Positions 54,041 to 64,000 of a DNA stretch of 64,000 bases are shown here, in pieces. Numbering within the stretch: the stretch's first letter is position 1; every line of letters starts with the position of its first letter. The position numbers were made by a program, and so were the translations under genes. The notes under the pieces are model-generated. The model worked only from the letters and a program-made list of their open reading frames with translations. It had not been told where the DNA came from and did no database searches. The DNA is from Tubiluchus corallicola (Eukaryota > Animalia > Priapulida), in assembly GCA_030141605.1 (NCBI GenBank), contig JAQGDQ010000002.1, positions 124,001 through 188,000 of the forward strand, read 5' to 3'.

Positions 54041-56027
54041 CACACCATAAGGCGGTGTTTCAGTACTAGACATGAGGAATGCCTTATTGCATTATAGATA
54101 AAAACACTTTACATTGGTTTTAATGCACCTTGTGTTATCTTTATCAGACCTGTGTTATGCATGCAGTGCTTTAGGCCCTGCATTTGCGGGAAAATCAATA
54201 TAGGTATTTCCAAAAGGTATTGCAGAAAAAAGATTACGTACTAAGATTTTGCTGCTAATATATGTTACGTTGTGCATGCGCTTTCCCGCCAGAATTCATT
54301 TACGCAGTCGAAGTAATAGCAATAATAGCGGGCTAACATAGTAGCAGTAGCAAGTGACAGTAAGATGTTACGTTTTCGAGCCAAAATTTACAAAATGCCG
54401 AAAGGTATCAAAGTTTAGGAGATACATTGTGTCGAGAACTGCGTTTCTCGAGTAAAACTGTTTATTTATGGTTACAAATATCTTTCCTAACAAACCTGTT
54501 TTTATAGTATACACTTAACTATATGTAAACTAGTTTTGTGTTCATTCTCAATTAGCCGCGAAATCACTTTCATATAGGCTTCCTTTTCAGAAGGCATTAT
54601 AGTTGTAATTTTGCAACATTTTTTTCTAGTTAGCTAGCTTGGAGTGACATAACATTGCGATATGGCATTCCACTTCCTCCTTGTCGAGGATAATCTGTAG
54701 ACAATTATCGGTATGTAGTCATTATAATTATTTGTATTTTGTAGTGTTTATGTAAATTGTTTCACTCATGCTCATTTGACGTAGTTATTAACTTAACGTT
54801 GCCAATGGCTCTTACGTAGCATTTTTCTGTTTAAACGTAGCCTTTAGCTGTATTTATTCGCATTTCCATTATCACGTAATCATTCTTTTTCATATAATCC
54901 TTGTATATATATATATATATACTTGTGAAATGTTTGTGTGATGTAATAATAACTGTGCGCATATTTTAACTTTATCGTTCCTGTTTTCTATATAAGCGGA
55001 ATTTCGATATTAACAAACTTTATTTTAATCGCATATTTGCACCTCGCGAAATGCGGAATAAAACTTTAAAACACCAGGGCTTTCAGTAACCCAATAATTG
55101 CTTTCCCCCTTTTTTTGTAAAGAACTAAAAAGATTAAAAGTTCTAAAATATTTACAAAAAACAAGCCTAACCCGTGTCCAGCACACAACCAAATTTGTTT
55201 ATTTTTTAATCCGCGTTCGCCACACCTTGGTGGAATTGTTAGTAGAAATTATAAGAAACCAGAAATTTCTTTATGATCTATGAACGTTCCTGGCATAGAT
55301 GATAAGATTTTTCTATTTTGAAATGTAAATATCAAAATCTCTGCATGAAGTTTACCGCATCTCATTCAGGAACGGAAAGACAAAAAAACATGCAATATAA
55401 TCACGTTTCACAGACATTACTTAAACGGATAAAATAGTAAAAAAGCAAATTCAATATTGTATTGTCATTTTCTCATTTAATACAAACTTTTGTATGTAAC
55501 TCACTTACTATAGGCTTGTAGACATGTATGCTAGAGCGTTCTGCTACAATTTACTTATGCCTGGACTTCTTAGCCTTAATTGCTGTCCAGCCTTGTCTTT
55601 TCGCGTCCGGCTATGCCTCAATTTTGATTTTTTTTAAAATGGTTATGTTCCATAATCTTTCACTGTTTGCGTTGTAATGTTAATGCTTATTGACTACTAA
55701 TAATTGATTTCTGGTCTGAAGATTATAATATGCTAGTTCCTAAAATACATTATAGTTTTGCTCATTATTTTATTGAATACGTTGGATGTTCCTAGATGCA
55801 GAATTGCTGCTTATAAATCCAGTTTTTCCATCGGATTTTTCATCTGTGAAATTCTCTACTGGGAAAGTGTTTCTTTGAAAACTTTAACCTTACGCTCATC
55901 ACCAAGAACATCAACATATGCATTCTATAACTAATAAATTTGTTATGCAGTACGAATTCCATTTCTTTGGACGCATATATTTACGTGCTATCACAAGCTA
56001 TCATAAAACATAGTAAAATAGATAGGT

Positions 56028-56070
56028 TGATAGATAGATAGACAGACGGACGGACAGACAGAAACAGACA
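56028..56070. repeat. (GATA)n/(GACA)n/(GACG)n compound microsatellite
   Basis: gatagatagatagacagacggacggacagacaga. Confidence 0.8.
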
Positions 56071-57141
56071 TATGGCAACAAAACTTTAACAAACAGCAAC
56101 AATATAGTTAAATAATAAACAACTCTACTCTATTAATTCACAACATAAAACTAACAAGAAAAGAAACAGTCTTTCCTCTAATTAGTATAGTATGCAAACC
56201 AGCTGATCTATATTCAATCAGCGTCTTCCTTCTCGTGTGTCTTGCGCCCGACGATACTTCACATTAAAACCCTCACTAAATATGAACCAATGTCTAGCAG
56301 GCCACTATATATATATATAATACTATACTAACAGCAACACAAGATGGCTGTGTTCTAGTAACTTTACTAAAATTTCCATAATCATCAAGATGGCTACCAC
56401 TATATCGCCACATTTCCAGATCGTATCAGTCCATCATAAGCCACAGTACCACTTTAAATTTAGAACACCAATCACAAAACAAGTCAACTGCTTGAGAGAG
56501 ACAGGTTGTCAGATCGAAGTTTTTTAGTTACGAATGACGCAGGTCTGAGAAAATTCGAAATATGTAACGCCTGGACCAAGATTTAGGCATGCTTCTTATG
56601 CTACGTATCCAGCAAAACTTGGTAAATATCTTTTGTTTGAAGGCCTCTTGTTCGCTAATTTACTTACTCGTGACATGACGCACGTAACATAAACAAATTT
56701 GTTTCACAATACTGATAGAAAATACATACTTGCTTATCATAAAAAACAGCAATTAATACATAACATTAATTATTAATCCTTTTTCTTTTATACCTTGTAA
56801 GAGTAAATTATACGCCTTATACCTCAATTAATGTCTTCACCTTTTCACTATATGTCTTTTACTTTGAGTGGCCATTGGCCTAATTTGGAAGGATGGCGTA
56901 AAAATAAGAGAAATTGCTTGAATAATATTACATGTATATAAGTGTAACAGAATTACAATATTATATGCGAACTATTCTGTTGAGGACTGTGAGGCAGTCA
57001 CTTTTTACAATAGTGTTTCATTGACATTAATACTGAATTGTATCGAAATGAAATTTTTTTCCATAACACTGCTTGTCAAAGGACAGTTAATTAATTTACA
57101 TTGCAGTAAACGCAATTCTGTAGGTACATAGCGAGTTGAAT

Positions 57142-60100
57142 TTAACATTTTTCCTGCAGTTTCTGAATTTCTTTTTTTGCTAATTCAAGTTCTCGCTTTA
57201 CGGCTTCCAGTTCCATTGTTTTCTGAAATGAAAGCAACAAGATTAAAGCAACGCAAATTTATGGAGTTTATAAGGCGCAATTAAAAATATAAAACTGACA
57301 ACATGAAAGAACATTATGCAGGAAAACGGAAACAAAAAAAAAACAAGTAAAACTGAAAGGCAGATAAAAGTTTTTTAGTTATTCGTCGCGGGCATTTTTC
57401 CCGTGGATGGATCGTTCCAAGCACTCTACTACGTTATTATATGCAAATTATTACTTCTTTTAATTGAGCTTTTGACATTTCGTAGAGTGTTGCCGTGGCT
57501 GTTGCATTTCCGCTGCTACTTTGAGCTTGAGATGTTGAAGTTCGAATGTCAACAACGTTGTGCTTCATTTGATAAACCTAAATAAAATAAATTTCCAGCG
57601 TTTTAAAACCAAGAAAACTATTGAAATTATACATAGGCAACGACATACAGTCATTGATAGATTAACGATCACATCTATATGAAGAGATTTTGGGGCCAGA
57701 AATAAATTTGCATCATTTTCACTAGCATCTCCGTTCAATTATAAGCGTAACCACAGCTACAAGTGTAAGGAAGTCGTCTGTACAAAAAGTAATCCCAGTA
57801 GGTCGAAAAAACTACTTGTATGTTGCCAACAGCATTTTACTGCGTGTTAATTCTTTTCCGGGAGAACAGCTTTCAGTTTGTATTGGATATCTGATGTAAC
57901 GTATCAAATATTATTGTTGCAAAAAAGACAGCTGACGCATAAACGAGCACAGAAATGAACAAAATAAACAACCGAGAGAAGGAATAAATAAAAATTATTA
58001 GCGAGATCTAGCTTTTGAACAAAAGACTAACATAATCTGTAAGCATGTAAATGACAATTTGAATACGCGTATGATAACAGGCATATACATGATATGCCAT
58101 TCAATGAAAAAAAATTAATGACCAAAGACAGTTGTCCAGCAACTTCTTTTCGCCCTTTCAATGCGCCATTGCGTGGGATACGAACTCGCAATCCTCTTGG
58201 GCGATGCCTTGATTGTAGGAGTTCAGGTTGTGCTGAGGTTGTGGGTAATGAGGTTGCGGGTACTGAAGTTAGTGGTACTGAAGATGCTGGTACTGAGGTT
58301 GTGGGTACAAAGAATTGCGAGTGCTAACGTCGTAGGCACCGCAAAATAGCAGTTATTCTGTCCTCACGTAGTATAAATATTGCTATTTTTGGTAGGCTCC
58401 AAGATTTAGGGTGGTGAGTTTACATGCACAGATTGTGCGCGCACCAAGAAAGATAAGTACTGCACGTTTGTCCACTCCACTTAGTATTTTGGTTTTTAAC
58501 CGTGCACGACCAAAAGGTTCACACTTCTTGCAGTTTGTTTAAATTCGAGAATTTTACAATGGTGTTCGACACCTTTACGACTTGTGGTCTGACCATTGGG
58601 CTTCTTAATTGGTGCATCTGACACCAGCCCATGATCATGTTCGCGACATTTTAATACAAGAACACTGCTATACGATCATGTAATATTTTATTTCGTGTAT
58701 TTGCGATGTGGCATGTGTTGTTCAGAAACTGGTTTGCCCACAGACGAAATACAACACCACCAAAATGTACAACATTGCGTTATTGCCAAATTTCAAGTCT
58801 TTAATGTATTTTGCAAATGATTCTAAAAACATAGACCTACCTTGGGAATAAAAACAAGTGACATAGTGACAGACGTGGCAAAGAATGTGAAAACACCGAC
58901 TACTCCATACGAGAAATCGCTGCTATTTTCTACTGTCATCAGCATTGGGACTCCAATCACGCAGAGTATTAGCACATTATAAATAGATATGCCAATATAC
59001 TTGCTGTCGTTCAATTCCGGAATTTTGACTTTCCTGAAATGGGAATATCACTTCATACTATTATAGAACACCACGAAGTCTATGCGTGCATGCGTGTATA
59101 CATGTGTATGCATCTGCCCGTTTATTTATGCGTATCTGCACGCCTCAGCTATTGCACCCTAGAGCCGAACCTTCACGCACTGACGGAGCTTTTGTCGAGG
59201 GTTTTCAACGCATCAAGAATACATTAGTCCCGGCCCTCAAACGTACCTAGAATCCGTCAGTGAATCCGTTTATGGATCTGTCCGAGTAAAATCGTCAATT
59301 ACCATGGGTCAAATGGATAAACTCATACTGGGTTTTACTGAAACTAGTTTACCCAAAATGAACACCCGCACTTTTAAGTGTTTGATACCCGTCTTTACTA
59401 AACCATTTTTACTTGAAACCTTGAAACTTACTCCAAAATGAATTTGCATGCAGGTTTCAATTAACAGTTCTCTCATTCTCTCAAAAAATATGTAGACACA
59501 AAAAGAAAATGGAAAACCAATTATCCTCAAGCTGCAATACAGGAAGGAGTTTACAATTCCCTACGCACTTTAGATACCCGTCTTTACTAAACCATTTTTA
59601 CTTGAAACCTTGAAACTTACTCCAAAATGAATTTGCATGCAGGTTTCAATTAACAGTTCTCTCATTCTCTCAAAAAATATGTAGACACAAAAAGAAAATG
59701 GAAAACCAATTATCCTCAAGCTGCAATACAGGAAGGAGTTTACAATTCCCTACGCACTTTATATACCCTAACGCCAATCCTAACCCTAACCCTAATCTCA
59801 ACCGTAACCCTAACCCTAGTTCGTTCACGAACTAATTTCTTGTGTATGGGGAGGTGAACAGACTCATGTTGCAGCAACCAGAATTCAGCAACATCAAACC
59901 TCGGATGTTATTCTTAACGCTAATTTAGGAGCAATCTTAAACTGTAGTGGAAAACTTCTATATTATAAACCATTCTTGTGGAACGCTCAGCAAGATAGAT
60001 GGCACGTAAAACAATATTTGATTGTATTCACAACAGCAACGATGAGGATGCATGACAGGATCACCATTCGGACACCATTCTTGTTTCTTGCTTTTTTAAT

Positions 60101-63100
60101 TAAAGATTATATAATCAACGAAATAGACGAAATCTTTTTAACACTTCCAATGCCTGTAAAACAAGTTTTCCAACAGTAGAACGTTGATAAATTATGTTTT
60201 AAGCACCTTGGAACACTGCAAACTCGAAACCAGCAAACTCAAAGGAAGGTCTACTCAGTGAGATGAGATGTTGGTGGTCTGATAGAAGCCTGACTCATTA
60301 TCCCTCTAAAATGAGCCACCAAACCAACAGAGGTATCCCAGTCACATTCGGATGTATATAATTCCCTTTCCTCTACGAAATACCGCCCAAAGCGAGCATC
60401 GAACCAACGGCGGTCTCACGTCACTTACTCGAAGCTGTCGACTCAGCGATGCCCACGTACTTCGCCACCAAACAATATTCACAGTTGAAAGATGCTGATA
60501 ATTACCTGGTTTCCCACGCAAGAAATGCTCCGTATAACAACTGAAGTCCTTTATAACAATAGATGATTCCCAGAAATGTGAGCTGTTTTTCATTCCAACA
60601 CCTGCTGGCTTGCGGATACACGACAACGTCGTACACTTCGTTTTCCTAACAAAAGTATATACTGCAAGTTTATTTGTCCATCTGTACATTGAATAGGTGT
60701 TGTAAAACTGCATTTCAGATTTAGAGCCCGTTTACATTGGCAGTGAAATCAAACAATTACTAGATTATAAAAAGATGCTGCTAGTTTAGTACATATTACT
60801 TTCCAACAAGTGACTTTGGCTACATTGTTAAGTGTAACAGAGGATGAAGGCCCACAACTATCGCCATTACAAGTTTTGTTGTATATTTTTTACTGTTCTA
60901 AATTGTTGTGTGATAACCCCAGCCAGCTTAAGAAGTGCCAAAAAGATTTTCGTCATCAAGTCCTAGTTTTATTTACCTGTTGTCGTGAAAGTGTGGATGG
61001 ATATCAATAAACTTCCATGGACAAGAAAAGCTGCGTAACATGACATAATGAACATTTGACAAAATTTTGCTAGTGACGAATTAATTGGCAATTTGGCACT
61101 GTAGAAGATAATCGATATTGGTTATTGTAAACTTTGCTTCTGTGAGAGAAATCTCAGTTTCATAACTGTAATAAGATTATAATAATTTTACCTCGGACGG
61201 ATAATATATAATCTCAGCTTGTAAAGGATCAACAATCTCCCAAGACAAGAGAACAGCCGTATCGATGATTAAGAATAACAACACTAACATCATCAAGTGA
61301 GAGTCCTTTATATTCTGCAAAATGAAATTCGAGCAATTATACCGCAGTGCGAGCAGCAGTTCAAGCAGGAGCGGGGTGGTCTAGACTGTTGATTGGTTGA
61401 TTTGTGGTTGAAAAGCATAAAACAAACTGTTTAGCTGCAAGTCAAACAAGCTACACTAAGGGAAATAAACGGTCTTCATCTATCTGATGTCTAAGTAACT
61501 GTATAGTAGCTATCATCTCTAGCGGATAAATTGCTTCCGTGTTATTTACCTCAGTCCTCAATTTACATGGGCAAGGAATTAACATTGTGTTCATTATGAC
61601 ACAAAAATGCAAGTAGTGAGAAATGGGGGGGGGGGGAGAAGGAGAAACAAGGAACAAATGGTGGTGGCGAAGTTTCCTTCTGTTGGAAGAACAGGACACC
61701 GAAAAAGAAAAAGAAAGAGGAAGGGAGGGGAGCAATTGCCAAGGAAGACAATATTAAAATAAACCATTTTGACATCTTGAAAATATTAGTCATCTACTGC
61801 AAGTTGTCCTATTTTTGTTATATTTCCTGGGACGAAAAATTACAGAAATCGAAATTCGAAGTTTCATTTCCTCTCTGTAATGTCTATTTATCGATTATGT
61901 ATTAAGCTTATTATGTGCACAAGGTAACGATTAGTAACAATGATTAAATGAAAAGTGAAAGGTTGTTTCTTCCTACGATCCATTTTCAATTGTGGCTTGT
62001 GATGTGTAGTAATTACTTCGCATTATTGACACATAAAGTACATGCATGTATACAGGGTTCACAGACAGCATATATAGAATCTGCACTACAGATAAAAGAT
62101 ACCCTTCTTGGTTTACTAGTCTGTAAATTTTTCAACATTAATGTTACCTGTAATACGAACCTGCTTGACTACATTGCTGATTATGACGACGATAGTGAAA
62201 GATGATAATGACGATGATAACAACGACGACCAAGACGAAAATGATGATTATCATATTTGGTGCTAGTGTTGGCATTGCTTCTTATAATTGTAGTGGTGGT
62301 TGTCGTTTTCCTAATAGTATTCCTGGTGGATATAGCAGTGACGCATCGTGTAGTAGTGGCACAGACGGTGGTACTGGTGTTAGTTGTGGTGATGGTTTAG
62401 ATTTAAATCATAAGTCAACAAGTGAAAATACTTACTACACGCTTTAGTTTTCCCTTCTCTGCGCTGGTGAAGACAAGAGAGACTCTCCAGGTTTTCGTGA
62501 ACAACCCACCAAACAAAAGGGTAAAACCATAGGAAAGAATCCATGACCTAGCTTTGCAGATTCGTCCCAGTGTCTCAGTATATACAAGATTGGCATCAAT
62601 ACCAAATAAAAAGATGGATGTGTAGCAAAAAACAGCGCCCAAAGCTATAATATTGTTTAGATGAGGACTGGACATCTTGATTACCCTGAATTAACAATAC
62701 AAGCGCTTAAAATAACATTCGTATGAGTCTGGAATCGCACTGGTAAAAATCGCCGGCATTCATTTCCATTGCCGGTTAAAAATTTTTAGTGTTAGGAAAC
62801 GAAATTTTGCACCGTTCGTATATATTTGCACATGTCTCACTATTAATGTGATGTGATAGCGATCAAACTGCGTAGCGTTTACAACTCACCATTACGTTAC
62901 AATGATTTCGAAATAGGAATTTTCCTTTAAAATAAGACTCATTTGTTTTTACCTGTTATTAACATAAAGTTAGCGCAATATAATGATACATATTATAAAA
63001 TAAGGTCATTATTACGTTTATTTATGGCATAAATAAAAACATTTAAATAAGAACAGTATCTTCGAGTTTTAAAAATTTCGGTGACAAGAATAAAAACGAT

Positions 63101-63767
63101 GGGTGGTTAAGAAATCAATGTGTATAAAAATCTAATAACAGTGTAAAGGTATTTGTTAGTACCTTTCAACTTATGCGACGCAAAGTAAGCTGAAAAAGTA
63201 CCTTTTGTCATTCAACGAATTGAAAAATGCATTAGATTTTCCAACTTTTTTGGTTCGGCGCCAAAGATAACTTTGCTTTTCATACAAGACTTGATTGGAC
63301 AAGTAGATAATGCCGACCACATTATCCACTTGTCCAGTCAAGTTAAAAAGGTCACTGAACAATCGCAAGAAGTTGGTTAAAACTTACTGTTGACGGTTGA
63401 CTCGCCCATTTTGTCTCCAGTCACCCTGCTCCAGAAACTTAAGTCAGGCCTAAAAATACTAAACCTTTCGATAAATCAGTTAACCATCGATCACAAATCG
63501 ATCTTAAATCAGCCTTTCCGAGCAGGCCGGTTGTCCGGTCAACCTGGAGTATTAAAACAAGATTTTACCTCAAAGCATTTAGACTCGTATATGCTATTGA
63601 TACGAACCTTTTTTCTCTGTATACGCTGTTGAATAAAAGGAATATAAATGCGAAGACGATACCGAGTGAGGCTAGTACACACAGCATGCCGAATAACCCA
63701 GCAGAGATGTTCCTGTATCCAATTATCATTACTGGTTGGTCTCGTGGTACAAATAAAGGATCTTCTT
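57142..63767 (-). CDS. GABA-B receptor subunit 2-like class C GPCR, 5'-partial (stalk, 7TM, C-terminal coiled coil)
   Basis: Exons: 63608-63767 (VPRD stalk and TM1), 62436-62685 (IKMSSPHLNNII...FTKTWRV), 61192-61314, 60506-60645 (YCYKGLQLLYGAFLAWETR), 58841-59033 (KIPELNDSKYIGISIYNV...FIPK), 57455-57577, 57142-57222 (KTMELEAVKRELELAKKEIQKLQEKC*). WETR..IPxLNDSKYIG is characteristic of GABA-B R2. The extracellular domain would lie beyond the window. Confidence 0.9.
58224..58308. repeat. 15-bp degenerate minisatellite in a GPCR intron
   Basis: Five to six ggtactgaggttgtg-like units. Confidence 0.75.
59384..59761. repeat. Perfect 189-bp tandem duplication
   Basis: 59384-59572 and 59573-59761 read as identical by eye. 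Confidence 0.92.
59736..59865 (-). repeat. Dispersed short element with internal degenerate TTAGGG array, copy 3 (reverse orientation)
   Basis: gagtttacaattccctacgcac...cctaaccctaaccctaa...gaactaatttcttgtgtatggggagg. Confidence 0.75.
60240..60470 (-). mobile_element. Possible tRNA-derived SINE relic
   Basis: On -: TGGCGAAGTACGTGG (A-box-like) and GGTTCGATGCT (B-box-like) within a GC-richer island. No cloverleaf is evident. Confidence 0.35.
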
Positions 63768-64000
63768 CTAAAAAATAGCGAATACCACTGAATAATCCAA
63801 TGATATAGAGTTTGATGGTGCCTTGGTAGAAAGGTACCTAACACATTTGCTATATTAATAAGGCCCAGTCCTAGATCCACTTTACTCTATAACTATATGT
63901 GCGTAGTGTTTTTAGCTTTTTTTATTTTTGTAGTCTTTTGTATGACATAGATATTGTAGATAAGTGTGCATTAGGACCATGACTTAACCATTACCAAGAA

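Noticed and set aside
63539-63880. 113-aa ORF on - from the ORF track
   Set aside because: It is the wrong frame; the real exon 63608-63767 encodes GPCR TM1 in another frame.
1-64000. CRISPR arrays, operons or prokaryotic defence systems
   Set aside because: The window is spliced metazoan DNA and no regularly spaced repeat-spacer array was seen.

Overview
This is AT-rich, intron-rich eukaryotic DNA from an invertebrate animal, not a prokaryote. Four spliced protein-coding genes were rebuilt by hand from GT-AG boundaries and frame continuity. (1) The 3' part (24 exons) of the HECT E3 ligase HECTD1 on +. (2) A complete 12-exon heme catalase on -, convergent with HECTD1; its C-terminal SNL targeting motif sits on a 30-nt last coding exon that the ORF track misses. 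(3) A complete 6-exon DUF229-type (alkaline phosphatase/sulfatase-like) type II membrane protein on -. (4) The 7TM and coiled-coil half of a GABA-B R2-like class C GPCR on -. Introns and intergenic DNA hold Tigger/pogo, Tc1, hAT, Harbinger-like and Kolobok-like DNA elements, CR1/L2-type LINE relics, a small dispersed element with an internal TTAGGG-like array, and tandem duplications. The best leads are a possible splice/poly(A) switch controlling catalase peroxisomal targeting, and inverted transposon copies bracketing an in-frame two-exon cassette that contains the membrane anchor (candidate circRNA or exon skipping). Family names come from recalled motifs; no database search was run.
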